Of a stretch of 64,000 bases of DNA, positions 28,001-37,406 are shown one piece after another. Positions within the stretch are counted from its first letter, which is position 1; every line of letters starts with the position of its first letter. The stretch covers positions 28,113 to 92,112 of the forward strand of contig JADJFA010000018.1 in the NCBI GenBank assembly GCA_016708875.1. Reading direction: 5' to 3'. The translations under genes and the position numbers were made by a program. The stretch comes from Lewinellaceae bacterium. GTDB taxonomy: Bacteria; Bacteroidota; Bacteroidia; Chitinophagales; Saprospiraceae. The notes under the pieces are model-generated. The model did not search any database, had not been told where the DNA came from, and was given only the letters and a program-made list of their open reading frames with translations.

Positions 28001-29618
28001 CGGCACGGCTACAGCCAACCCGACGGGCGGAACGGGGGCATACAGCTACCTCTGGAACGGCGGCGCCACCACCCAGAGCATCAACAACCTCGTACCTGGA
28101 ACCTACACGGTGGTTGTTACGGATGAAAATGGTTGTACCTCAGAGCAAACGGTGGAAGTATCTTCCTTCCTGTGTGCCATTTCTTCACAACAAACAATCG
28201 TGGACGTGAGCTGCGCGGGTGCGGCCAATGGTTCGGTTACAGTCTCCCTCACGGGCGGAACTGCACCGTTTACATATGCCTGGAGCAATGGTGGTACTAC
28301 TGCGACCATTTCCAACCTCGAAGGCGGTACCTACACCGTCAACGTATTGGATGCAAACGGATGCGACTTCAGCGCCAACGCTGCTGTTGCTGAACCTGCT
28401 CCATATTCTGCCTGGGATGTTCAAACCACTAACCCACTTTGTCCGAACGATGCAACGGGTTCGGCTACGGCCTCCATTACTGGCGGTACCCAGCCATACA
28501 CATTCCTTTGGAGCAATGGTGCGGTGGGCAATACACTTTCCAATGTGCCAACAGGGACGTATACCATACAGGTGACTGACCAAAATGACTGTCAGTCCAG
28601 CACTTCTGTATCGCTCACGTCAACTGACATCGAGGCTCCGACGGTTACCGCCCAGAATGCGACCCTTGCCCTCAATAACAACGGTACGGTTCAGGTGACA
28701 CTGGCTAATCTCTCGGCTCAATTTAGTGACAACTGCGGCATTGCCAGCACGAGCATCCTTCCACAAAATTTTGATTGCCAACAACTTGGCGAACAAACCG
28801 TGACAGTTATAGTAACGGACCTTTCAGGCAATACTGCTGCGGCAACTGCATTGGTAAATGTGGTGGACAACATTGTTCCAGTGTTGACCTGCCCTTCTGA
28901 TATCGTGGCTTGTTCTTACAACAACGTAGTAAACTATGCATCGCCCGTGGCAGAGGACAATTGCCTTTTGGCTGGCAACGGTCAATGGGTAATAGACGGC
29001 CCGGCGAGTGGTTCGATATTCCCCGAAGGGACAACCACCGTGACCTATACTTACACGGACGCAAGCGGCAATGCTGGAAATTGTGCCTTCAATGTCAGGG
29101 TAACGAGCGCAGTAGTGTTCACCAGCGTGAACGTGAACAACGATGTGAACGGTCAGCAGGTCGGCTCTATCGACATCACTGTAGAAGGTGGCACCGGCCC
29201 ATTCCTGTATGAATGGACCGACGAAAATGCCAACGTGATTGCCAACACAGAAGACGTGACGGGCCTCGGCGAAGGCATTTACCGTGTGCAGATTACCGAC
29301 GCGAACGGTTGCATTTACGCCGAGGAAGACATCAAAATGCAAAATACCAGCAGCGCAAAGGAACCGGCTTGGCTCACAGGCATTAGCCTTCAGCCCAACC
29401 CGACAAGCGGCTTCACCAACGTTGTTTTCAGTCTTCCGGTGGCTTCCACTTTGGAAATCTCCCTGATTGACGCAACAGGTCGAATCCTCTTAACCGACAT
29501 CAGCGAGCAGGAAAGCGTGGTCAGAATTGACTGCACAAACCTGCCTGGCGGGGTGTATTATCTGCGTTTCCGCACCGGTCAGGAAGTGGGTGTTCGGAAG
29601 TTGGTGGTTAGTAAGTGA
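25043..29618 (+). CDS. Large T9SS adhesin: N-terminal thioredoxin-fold domain, Ig-like repeats, ~10 SprB repeats, 2 HYR domains and a T9SS CTD. The frame is broken once.
   Basis: Signal 'MKKQLLLLVFLMMGWHSAYAQ'. Trx motif 'FLDVSATWCGPCWGYH'. SprB units such as '[53 protein letters not shown]'. HYR 'APTVTAQNATLALNNNGTVQV...' and 'VPVLTCPSDIVACSYNNVVNYASPVAEDNC...TYTYTDASGNAGNCAFNV'. CTD 'ISLQPNPTSGFTNVVFSLPVASTLEISLIDATGRIL...GVYYLRFRTGQEVGVRKLVVSK'. ORFs 24920..26710 and 26619..29618 join as 'ASPTF|SWTGPNGYTSSLQSP' if the AA at 26639-40 is read as A. Confidence 0.85.
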
Positions 29619-29731
29619 TTAGTTACAAGTTTCAAGTTTCAAGATTCAAGTTTCAAGTTTCAAGTTTCAGGCGCCTGCTCGGAGATACCGGGTGGGCGCT
29701 TGAAACTTTTAACTTGAACTTGTAACTAATT
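29618..29731. repeat. Hairpin with tandem CAAGTTT heptamer arms (REP-like) between the adhesin stop and the RAYT stop.
   Basis: Left arm 'attagttacaagtttcaagtttcaagattcaagtttcaagtttcaagtttcag' holds ~6.5 heptamers. Centre: 'gcgcctgctcggagataccgggtgggcgc'. Right arm 'ttgaaacttttaacttgaacttgtaactaat' holds ~4 units. The outermost 'ttagttacaagtt/aacttgtaactaa' pair perfectly. Confidence 0.9.
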
Positions 29732-30392
29732 ACCCCGCCTTCACAGGATTATGGAGGATGTACTTGACTATCTTTTCAAACTCGGCGGCTTCCTTTACCC
29801 GAAAATCAAAAGTCCGCTCGTGCCAAAATTTCCCTTCCATTTTCACGCTTCCATTTTGGGTATGTTTTTGAAATGTTTTAGGGTCAATGTGCTCTCCTAA
29901 TTGTTGCAATGCTTTTTTCAAGGGCGCTTCCGTGGCATGTTGAATTTCTCCTACAATGTCGCGCAGTGGTTGGTATTGATAACTTTCAAGATCTTCCAAG
30001 ACTGGCGTGTCGGCCATTGAGCTGTGCAAATCCAACAGCAAATGGACGTGGTTGGGCAGGATGGAATAGGCCAGCAGTGCATAATCCGACCCATCGCGAC
30101 GAAGTATTTCGTCCGCAAGGATTTTGGCCAAAGCCGGTTCACGAAGGTAGGTATGGCCGTATTTTTCCAAGTCCAGTGCATCATCATAGCGAGCGAAAAG
30201 GCGTTTGCGGGCTTGCCTCAATTGTGCTGTACGATCAGGATGTTGGGCGAATTTGAGCTGTTTGCTGTAGTATTGAAGTGCAAGATTTTGCCCAAAACTC
30301 TCTGGCAGGGCATTCCGCAGCCGCAGGGTGACAAAGAAAACGCCTTCGAGTGAGGAGGGTAAGGATAGGGTAGGGGACTTGAAGGAATTCAT
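29730..30392 (-). CDS. REP-associated tyrosine transposase-like protein (IS200/IS605 TnpA-type HUH/Y1 enzyme).
   Basis: 221 aa from the ATG at 30392; the ORF extension to 30530 looks non-coding. N-terminal strand 'GVFFVTLRLRNALP', HUH motif 'ILPNHVHLLLDL' and C-terminal Tyr motif 'KYILHNPVKAG'. It is single-copy with no IS ends of the usual kind, but repeat hairpins sit on both sides. Confidence 0.7.
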   Translation of the reverse strand: MNSFKSPTLSLPSSLEGVFFVTLRLRNALPESFGQNLALQYYSKQLKFAQHPDRTAQLRQARKRLFARYDDALDLEKYGHTYLREPALAKILADEILRRDGSDYALLAYSILPNHVHLLLDLHSSMADTPVLEDLESYQYQPLRDIVGEIQHATEAPLKKALQQLGEHIDPKTFQKHTQNGSVKMEGKFWHERTFDFRVKEAAEFEKIVKYILHNPVKAG

Positions 30393-30413
30393 TGGTGCGG
30401 TGGGTTTTGTATT

Positions 30414-30421
30414 CAAAAATA
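30414..30421 (-). promoter_or_regulatory. Candidate -7 box (TATTTTTG) for the RAYT-like gene.
   Basis: Fits TAnnTTTG, 21 nt upstream of the ATG at 30392. Confidence 0.35.
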
Positions 30422-30538
30422 AGGGAAAAAATGTGACATCCGTTCTCGAAGACCTGAACATCTTTGAGATGTGGCTGCGGTGAGGAAGCTGCTGCTTAAA
30501 AAGTGAAATGCATGGCAGAAAAATCTCCATTTTGCACT

Positions 30539-30546
30539 TAACTTTG
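30539..30546 (+). promoter_or_regulatory. Candidate -7 box (TAACTTTG) for the DUF433 gene.
   Basis: Exact TAnnTTTG, 17 nt upstream of the ATG at 30564. The same octamer recurs upstream of three other genes in the window. Confidence 0.4.
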
Positions 30547-30563
30547 TAAAAAAATACTCAACC

Positions 30564-30893
30564 ATGACAGCATTGGAAAGGGCCACCGCAATATTGCCCG
30601 ACATGTCGCAAAGCGAGATAGCACAATTGGTTCAAAGGGCAGCCAGCAGAATCTCTGAAGATTTCCCGGGCATTGAAAAAACTCCGGGCGTTTGCGGAGG
30701 AAGCGCGTGCATTATTCGCACAAGGATTCCTGTTTGGTCTATCATCGAATACATTCAGATGGGCGTTGGAAAGGAGAAAATGCTCCAAAACTTCCCTTCT
30801 CTTCGTGCCCAAGATTTGGCAAATGCCTGGGCATATTACGATGCCAATAAGGAAGAAATTGACAGTGAAATCAAAGAAAACAACGAAGACTGA
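30564..30893 (+). CDS. DUF433 domain protein (antitoxin-like HTH).
   Basis: 109 aa. 'PGVCGGSACIIRTRIPVWSIIEYIQMGVGKEKMLQNFPSLRAQDLANAWAYY' is the DUF433 core pattern. Confidence 0.7.
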   Translation: MTALERATAILPDMSQSEIAQLVQRAASRISEDFPGIEKTPGVCGGSACIIRTRIPVWSIIEYIQMGVGKEKMLQNFPSLRAQDLANAWAYYDANKEEIDSEIKENNED

Positions 30894-30967
30894 ACCTTTA
30901 TTAAAGTCCTTCTTCAATCTGGAGAAGATGTCTCCAGCCAATTAATTCGAGTCTATCGAGAGCAGAG

Positions 30968-30992
30968 ATAGTTTTGAACTTGAAACTTTCAA
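30968..30992. repeat. Solo copy or remnant of the AAACTTG/CAAGTTT heptamer repeat.
   Basis: 'tagttttgaacttgaaactttcaac' resembles the right arm of the 29618-29731 hairpin ('cttgaaacttttaacttgaacttg'). Confidence 0.5.
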
Positions 30993-31256
30993 CTACTCCC
31001 CACTCTTCTTCCACTTCTCCATCTGCTCCCGCGCATTATCCGATAACACCGCCGGGTCATATTCCAGTTTGGAAAGAATGTCCAGCAGCGTGTTGATCCT
31101 GGCTTCCACGTCAAAAAACTTGTTGACCACGACCACACGGCGGCTTTCCACGAGGCAGTAGCCACTCTGGAAACTACCCTTCTCGTAACGGACAGTGTAG
31201 TCGAGCTCGTCGAAGACGTCTTCAATTTTTTTGAGGGTTGTTTGCGTGTAGCGCAT
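30993..31256 (-). CDS. Small conserved hypothetical protein.
   Basis: 87 aa from 'MRYTQTTLKKIEDVFDELDYTVRYEKGSFQSGYCLVESRRVVVVNKFF...'. No recognised domain. Confidence 0.45.
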   Translation of the reverse strand: MRYTQTTLKKIEDVFDELDYTVRYEKGSFQSGYCLVESRRVVVVNKFFDVEARINTLLDILSKLEYDPAVLSDNAREQMEKWKKSGE

Positions 31257-31395
31257 ATTGTATCGGGTTTTCGCAGCAATTTTGTGGGGCAAAAATACCA
31301 CGCTCAAAGTCCAAACTTTCCGAAAGTTTTGCTTTCGGATTTCAAACTACTGAGGTTTCTAAAACCTCATGGGTTTTTAACACAACAACTATATC

Positions 31396-32028
31396 ATGAA
31401 AAAACTCCCTTTCCTCCTCCTCGCATTTCTCCCCATCGTCCTTGCTGCTCAACCCCGTTTTCGCGCAGGCGCAGTGCTGGGACTTACCGCTTCCCAGATT
31501 GACGGCGACCTTTCGGCTGGCTACAACAAACTTGGGTTCCAGGGTGGGCTTCGCGTTATCACCCGACTAAAGGGCCGCACGGAAGCCAGCATGGAATTCC
31601 TCTTTTCTCAGCGCGGCTGTCAAAACGAACTCATTCCGAGCGAATACGACCCCAATCCATTTGCACTGACACTCAACTACGTGGAGGTGCCGGTGCAATG
31701 GCATTTCAAAGATTGGCTCATTGAATACGATGAGGAAAATCTCAATTATTACAAAGTTTCTTTCAATATCGGGCTTTCCTATGCACGTTTGATCAGCTCC
31801 AAGGTGGACGACGATTTCAACTGGCTCAATGGCGTAGCGCCTGATTACCTGAAAAAAAACGACCTCGGCATTGTGTTGGGCGCCAATTTTTTTGCCACCC
31901 GGAATTTGGGCTTTACGTTTCGCTGGAACCGCTCGTTTCTGCTGTTGTACGATTCCCGGAAATCCCCTCGTGGCGGAAAAAGCTGGAACAGTCACAATTT
32001 GAATTTCCAGACGGTGTACTTGTTCTAG
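31396..32028 (+). CDS. Outer-membrane beta-barrel protein (PorT/OMP_b-brl_2-like).
   Basis: Signal 'MKKLPFLLLAFLPIVLAAQ'. Alternating beta-strand pattern with a terminal '...NLNFQTVYLF' aromatic end. Confidence 0.65.
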   Translation: MKKLPFLLLAFLPIVLAAQPRFRAGAVLGLTASQIDGDLSAGYNKLGFQGGLRVITRLKGRTEASMEFLFSQRGCQNELIPSEYDPNPFALTLNYVEVPVQWHFKDWLIEYDEENLNYYKVSFNIGLSYARLISSKVDDDFNWLNGVAPDYLKKNDLGIVLGANFFATRNLGFTFRWNRSFLLLYDSRKSPRGGKSWNSHNLNFQTVYLF

Positions 32029-32080
32029 AACTTGGAGCATGTCTTACTTTCGCGCCCAAATTTCACCCGTACATCTTTTT

Positions 32081-32878
32081 ATGAGAAAACTACTTCCAGC
32101 TGTTTTAATGGTTTTTTGCGCTGTGGCGCTCCTTTTTTGTAAATCTAAAGACACTACCCCCCAAACGACCAATGGACTGAAGATAGAGAGCATCCAATTT
32201 TCCAAACGGCATTGTGTAGACGAATCCAAGGACTTGTGTGCCGATTTCAGCATTACTTACCCCGTTTTTTCGGGAGGGGATGCGGCTATTGCAGCGGCTT
32301 TAAACAAATCGGTGCAGAATTATGTGCTTAGTGCAGTAGGTGGAAATGGACAGTCCAATTTTGCTCAAGCGCTCGATACTGCGGGACAGCAGTTTGTTCA
32401 AATGTACCTGGATATCCTTAAAGAGAATCCTGATTATATAATGGGGTACTCCACCGAAATCACGGACTCCGTCCCTCTTTTGAACGCCAAAGTCGCAACC
32501 ATTCAAATGGATGGCTATTCTTTCACAGGCGGCGCGCACCCCAACCCTTTTGGTTTGCTGGTTTCTTACGATCTCAGCAAAGGCGCAAAGCCCCTGGAAA
32601 TCACTGATTTAGTGAGCGATACCAACGCTGTTCGCCCCGCTCTGGAGAAGGCTTATAAAATTTTGAAAGGGCTGAAAGAAACCGACCCGCTTGGTGATCT
32701 TGTTTATCCCGAAATCACACAACTGCCCATGCCTGCCAACGTCGGCGTGGTAGCAGAAGGCATTCGGTTCTTTTACAACGCCTACGAAATCGCGCCTTAT
32801 GCCGTTGGCGCCGGCGATGTGCTGCTGACCTGGGAGCAATTGGGTGGTTTGGCGGACAAAAAGAGGTGGGTGGAATGA
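32081..32878 (+). CDS. DUF4163/DUF3298 (RsiV/PdaC-like) lipoprotein.
   Basis: Lipobox 'VALLFCKS'. 'ITYPVFSGGDAAIAAALNKSVQNYV', 'GYSFTGGAHPNPF' and 'FFYNAYEIAPYAVGAGDVLLTWEQL' match these domain signatures. Confidence 0.7.
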   Translation: MRKLLPAVLMVFCAVALLFCKSKDTTPQTTNGLKIESIQFSKRHCVDESKDLCADFSITYPVFSGGDAAIAAALNKSVQNYVLSAVGGNGQSNFAQALDTAGQQFVQMYLDILKENPDYIMGYSTEITDSVPLLNAKVATIQMDGYSFTGGAHPNPFGLLVSYDLSKGAKPLEITDLVSDTNAVRPALEKAYKILKGLKETDPLGDLVYPEITQLPMPANVGVVAEGIRFFYNAYEIAPYAVGAGDVLLTWEQLGGLADKKRWVE

Positions 32879-32882
32879 GTTC

Positions 32883-33022
32883 AAAATTAAACCGCAAAAT
32901 GTAAAACCGGAGAACAGGAAAATGTAAAACCAAACGACGGAAACCCAAGCAGTAAGAACAGTTTAACCCCTCTTAGTTTTAAATTTTGCGGTTCTCCGGT
33001 TTTACATTTTGCGGTTTAAATT
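32883..33022. repeat. Post-gene long hairpin (AAAATGTAAAACC / CCGCAAAAT motif arms).
   Basis: 'aaaattaaaccgcaaaatgtaaaaccggagaac ...~65 nt... gttctccggttttacattttgcggtttaaatt' has ~32-bp near-perfect arms. The spacer carries an extra 'aaaatgtaaaacc' copy. Confidence 0.9.
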
Positions 33023-33031
33023 CCCTATCTT

Positions 33032-33547
33032 ATGTTAGTTAAATACTTCATTCCGACTCCCATTGGCCGCATGGAAATTACCGGCAGCGAGCTCGGTGTC
33101 CGCACTGCCCAACTCTGCGAAGGACGCGAGACTTCTGCCGACGCTGTGGCGCAAGAGGTGACGGAAATGCTTGAAAATCATCCCGTTGCGGAGTGTGCCC
33201 GGCAGATTGCGGAATATTTCGCAGGAGCAAGGCAGGACTTTGAATTGAAACTGGATTGGGGTGGCGCGCCCGAATTTCACCGACAAGTGTGGGCGGAATT
33301 GCTGAAAATCCCGTTTGGGAAAACCACCTCTTATTCCGCCATCGCTGAACGGCTAGGCAACCCTGATGCTTCACGCGCCGTGGGTATGGCCAACCGAAGC
33401 AATCCCATTGCAATTGTGGTGCCTTGCCACCGGGTGATTGGTAAAGCCGGCGAGTTGCGTGGGTATTTCTACGGACTTGACACGAAAATGCTACTGCTTC
33501 GGCATGAGAATCCGGTTAGGTTTGCGGAACAGGGGCAGTTGTTTTAA
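33032..33547 (+). CDS. ogt: Methylated-DNA--protein-cysteine methyltransferase.
   Basis: 171 aa. Active site 'IVVPCHRVIG'. 'FGKTTSYSAIAERLGNPDASRAVGMANRSNPIAI' is also present. Confidence 0.9.
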   Translation: MLVKYFIPTPIGRMEITGSELGVRTAQLCEGRETSADAVAQEVTEMLENHPVAECARQIAEYFAGARQDFELKLDWGGAPEFHRQVWAELLKIPFGKTTSYSAIAERLGNPDASRAVGMANRSNPIAIVVPCHRVIGKAGELRGYFYGLDTKMLLLRHENPVRFAEQGQLF

Positions 33548-33550
33548 AGC

Positions 33551-33660
33551 AATTACGATTTTGGAATTACGATTTACGATTTTGTTGATCCGAAAAGGCA
33601 TGATTCTAACCTTCTTCGGATCAAAAAATCGTAAATCGTAAATCGTAATTCCAAAATCCA
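33551..33660. repeat. Post-gene hairpin with tandem ACGATTT heptamer arms.
   Basis: 'ttttggaattacgatttacgattttgttgatccgaa ...loop... ttcggatcaaaaaatcgtaaatcgtaaatcgtaattccaaaa'. It starts 4 nt after the ogt stop. Confidence 0.9.
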
Positions 33661-33946
33661 AAACCGTTTCTCATGAAAGTTAAACCGTTCCCTCAAAAGA
33701 GAAAATTGCTGTATCCTTGCCAAAAATTTTCAACTAGTTTTGTCGAACCTTTTTGAAGAATTATTTTCTTTAAAAATTGAAAATCAATTGTTTAGCGAAT
33801 TAGTTCGGGGTTTAATCAAAGAAGGCAAACCCTCAAAATCTATTTGAGATAAAATCTGGCCTTTTATTTGTTGAGGCCGTTTTTCAGCCCCGTCCAAACC
33901 AACCATACCCCCCGAACCAACTAACCGGAAACATCCCAACCGCTCA

Positions 33947-35551
33947 ATGGCATCTTCATACGGACCGAGGCAGTCGCTCTCTCAAAAACTACAGCAAAAG
34001 CTATCCCCCCAGCAGATTCAATTGATGAAACTGCTGCAAATTCCCACAGCTACCCTCGAACAACGTATTGAAGAAGAACTGGAAGCCAACCCCGCACTCG
34101 AAGAAGGCGATGAAACTGCCGACCTCTCAGAAGGCTTGAGCGATATGGACTTGTCCGACGCCGATCTGAGTTATTACGAACGCGAACAGAAAGTCGAGAG
34201 CGGCCAGGCAGACGATGATTTAGGGGGTGAAAGTGTCACTGCGTCCGAAGACGTGATTGTCGAGATTGACCGCGAAACTGCCGACGACTATGCAGATGAA
34301 GATGACTCCGTCAGCCTCCGCGACGACGATGGTCCCGACCTTGACGACTACCTCATCAATTTTATAGAAGACGACCCCTCGACCTACAAAACCCGCGACG
34401 ACAGTCGGGGCGGCGACCAGGAAGACAAACAGGTGCCGCTTGCCTTCGAAAACACTTTTCACGAATATCTGGAGCAACAACTTGGAATGCTCAAACTCGA
34501 CGACGAGCGCGAACACGCCATTGCGCTTCAGGTCATAGGCTCGATAGACGACGATGGTTACCTCCGCCGCGAACCTTCGGCTATGGTGGACGACCTGCTT
34601 TTTAGTCAAAACATCAGCACCCACGAGAAGGAGATCAAGCAAATTCTCCTAAAAATACAACGATTTGATCCACCGGGTATTGGCGCACGGGACCTTAGAG
34701 AATGCCTGATCCTTCAGCTCCAGCACCGACTTCGGCAAGACGATGATTCGCTTTCGCATGACGAAAAAATCGTAGTCCAGATAGCCTTGCGCATCATTGA
34801 CCAGTATTTTGACGAGTTCACCAAAAAACACTACCCCAAGCTTTGCCGGCAACTCGGCATTGAAGAAGAAGACCTCCGCGACGCGATCAACGAGATTCTC
34901 AAACTCAACCCAAAACCCGCCAGTGGCTTTGCCTCAAAAGGCGACCGGGCCAACAATTATGTAGTGCCCGACTATATCGTGAGCAACCGCGACGGCGAAC
35001 TGGAACTCACCCTCAACGCCCGAAACGCCCCCGACCTGCGCATCAACGACCAGTACCGTGATATGCTCAAGGCCTTCCACGATGGCCGAAACGGAAGGCG
35101 CGCCAACAAGAAAGAAAAGGAAGCCGTGCTTTTTATCAAGCAAAAAATAGACTCGGCCAAGTGGTTCATTGATGCCATCAAACAGCGGCAGCAAACCATG
35201 ATGCTCACCATGGGCGCCATCCTCAAGCACCAGGAAGAGTACTTCCTCACCGGCGACCAAAAGAAGATCAGGCCCATGATTCTCAAGGATATAGCCGACG
35301 TGACGAGCCTCGACATTTCGACCGTGAGCCGCGTGGCGAACTCCAAATATGTGCAGACAGAATTTGGCACAAAACGCCTGAAAGAGTTTTTCTCCGAAAG
35401 CCTCAGCACCCAGGACGGCGAGGAAGTATCCACCCTGGAAGTGCGGATATTAGACAGCCCAATTCCGTCGGACTCAATTTTTTTCGGATCAAAACCTTGG
35501 CCATCGTCTTCTACGGTGAGCAGCAGATTCCCTTCGTTTTCAAGCAATTGA
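33947..35551 (+). CDS. rpoN: RNA polymerase sigma-54 factor. The homology ends at ~35445 and the RpoN box is missing.
   Basis: Region I 'LSQKLQQKLSPQQIQLMKLLQIPTATLEQRIEEELEANPALE', an acidic region II, the core-binding region and HTH 'LDISTVSRVANSKYVQTEFGTKRLKEFFSE'. After '...GEEVSTLEV' the ORF runs antisense through the kinase gene. No 'ARRTVAKYR' appears anywhere. Confidence 0.8.
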   Translation: MASSYGPRQSLSQKLQQKLSPQQIQLMKLLQIPTATLEQRIEEELEANPALEEGDETADLSEGLSDMDLSDADLSYYEREQKVESGQADDDLGGESVTASEDVIVEIDRETADDYADEDDSVSLRDDDGPDLDDYLINFIEDDPSTYKTRDDSRGGDQEDKQVPLAFENTFHEYLEQQLGMLKLDDEREHAIALQVIGSIDDDGYLRREPSAMVDDLLFSQNISTHEKEIKQILLKIQRFDPPGIGARDLRECLILQLQHRLRQDDDSLSHDEKIVVQIALRIIDQYFDEFTKKHYPKLCRQLGIEEEDLRDAINEILKLNPKPASGFASKGDRANNYVVPDYIVSNRDGELELTLNARNAPDLRINDQYRDMLKAFHDGRNGRRANKKEKEAVLFIKQKIDSAKWFIDAIKQRQQTMMLTMGAILKHQEEYFLTGDQKKIRPMILKDIADVTSLDISTVSRVANSKYVQTEFGTKRLKEFFSESLSTQDGEEVSTLEVRILDSPIPSDSIFFGSKPWPSSSTVSSRFPSFSSN

Positions 35552-37406
35552 ATGTTGACATGCCGCGCTTTGGCGTGTTTCAGCACATTTCCGATCAGTT
35601 CTTGCACCATGCGGTAGATGTGGATTTTTTCCAATCCCCCACTTCTTCGAGCGGGTAGTTGGAAAAAAGTTGGACGTCAAGTCCAGGCTGGCCTGGCGGG
35701 CGCGCACGGCGAGTTCTTCGAGGGCTGCGGGCAAACCAGTCTTTTCGAGGGCCTTCGACATGAGGTCGTGTGAAATGCCGCGCACTTCACGGTATGTAGC
35801 ATCGAGGTCGTCGGCGATGTCGCGCGCCCGTTCGGCCATCTCGGGAGAATCGGAGAGCTGCTCGCGCAGCATATCCATTTTCATGTTGATGGCGGCGAGG
35901 TTGACGCAGGCGCCATCGTGGAGATCGCGGGCGATGCGCTTGCGTTCGTTTTCAGCACCGATTACCAGGGCATTCAAGCCTTCCTCCTTGGCGCGTGCAA
36001 TCCGGAGTTCGGCGCGCTGGTTTTTTTCAATCAAACGGAGAAATCGGCTTACAGAAAAATAGAACACCAGTACCATTTCCAGAAAAAAAGCGGCGATCAC
36101 GAAGGGCGGCAAAAAGAAGGTATTGGCAATGCCAAAGCCCGTCAACAAGTCGGCAGTAACGTCAAAAAATGCAGGGCTGAAGCCTAAATATTGCAAGGTA
36201 GTGGCCCCCACACCTACAAAATTGAGTCCTATAACCAGAATCAAGAAAGAAAAACGGGTGCGCTTTTTAAACAGCATTTCATAAAGCACCCATACCAACA
36301 TTGTCATGCAAAACAGCATCAGGAATACAAAAAATGGATACAACACCCATTGGAAATTACCGAAAGTTTGGGCAATGATCTGAAAAAACAGCGTGGCGAT
36401 CAATGCCCGGACGCTGCCGCTCACAAAGCGGTCGAACCGTGGGGCGGTGCGGGGCAAATCAAAATAGAGCCTGAAAAACTGGATGCCAAAAACAAGCCGA
36501 AGCGTATTGAGCGCCACCGGGACAATATGCTGCAATAGCGGATAATCAGGCCAAACGTACCAAAAACCAAGTCCCAAATGGGCCAGGATAAACAGCGTAG
36601 TGACGAGTATGTAAAAAAAGTAGTGCCAGTTGAAATACTCCCGACTGACTGCGATCAAGATTCCCGACAAAACCAAAAACAGGGTGCAAAACACCAGAAA
36701 AACGGTCATCAGAATGTCTACCACCCATTGCTGGTGATTGATTCGTTCGCCTTGTTCAAAAAAAAGGATCCGAAGGTGGAGCGGTGCATCTGACTCAAGA
36801 CGGATAAAAATCTGAGCCGTGCTGTCTGGTGCAAGTGTAAGCGGGAAACGAAAGTTGCGGTTATTGGTATCCGGGCGTTCGGAGAAAGTAAAGCCTTTGG
36901 AACCAGTCACATACGAAGTGCGCAAAACGTCCGTCTCACTAAGTTCGTAATAATTGATTTTGGGAATGAATGGGTTAATGATTTCGGTAAAAAACTGGGT
37001 TTTGGTTTTGCCAAAAAGGGTCAAAGTGCTGTCGTTTCCTGACTTTGAAACGCAACCAAATAGGACCTTTTGGCGTACCGAATTCGCAACAGTCTTCCCG
37101 GATGGCAAATGCTGTTTCTGGCAATAGGCTTATTTCTGCCACGCTCATCGGGCGGTTATTGGATACTTCCTTGTACACACCGATATCGCCCGGCACTTCA
37201 CCCGGCACAGGAAGCCCTTCAATCAGGAGACCAGAAAACCACTTGATGCCCGAGACGGCTACGATCAGCAGGCAACTGGCAAGGATAAGTAGGGGGCGTT
37301 TCAAAAGCGATAAGTATTTCTTGGCCAAAAGTAATGCGTTGGCAGCGTGCGGCAACCATGCCACACACTGCCAACTTGCAAAATCAATGGATTTAGTTGA
37401 GATCAC
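35446..37406 (-). pseudogene. 7TMR-DISM-type membrane sensor histidine kinase (HisKA_3/HATPase_c), with two frame breaks and no C-terminal end.
   Basis: Three fragments: 36975..37406 ('GPIWLRFKV', DISMED2-like), 35540..37108 (7 TM segments, 'RIARDLHDGACVNLAAINMK') and 34972..35634 ('LEKIHIYRMVQELIGNVLKHAKA...VEDDGQGFD...GIGLSNIR'). Breaks lie at the A6/T6 run 35663-68 and at ~37046-52. The G2 box region is lost at ~35445. Confidence 0.75.

Noticed and set aside
30673-30960. Possible DUF5615/PIN-like toxin partner downstream of or overlapping the DUF433 gene (ORF 30673..30945 and the frame after the stop at 30893).
   Set aside because: ORF 30673..30945 is an alternative frame of the DUF433 gene. 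The ~70 nt after the stop give only a ~25-codon reading with no convincing DUF5615 pattern. At most it is a remnant.
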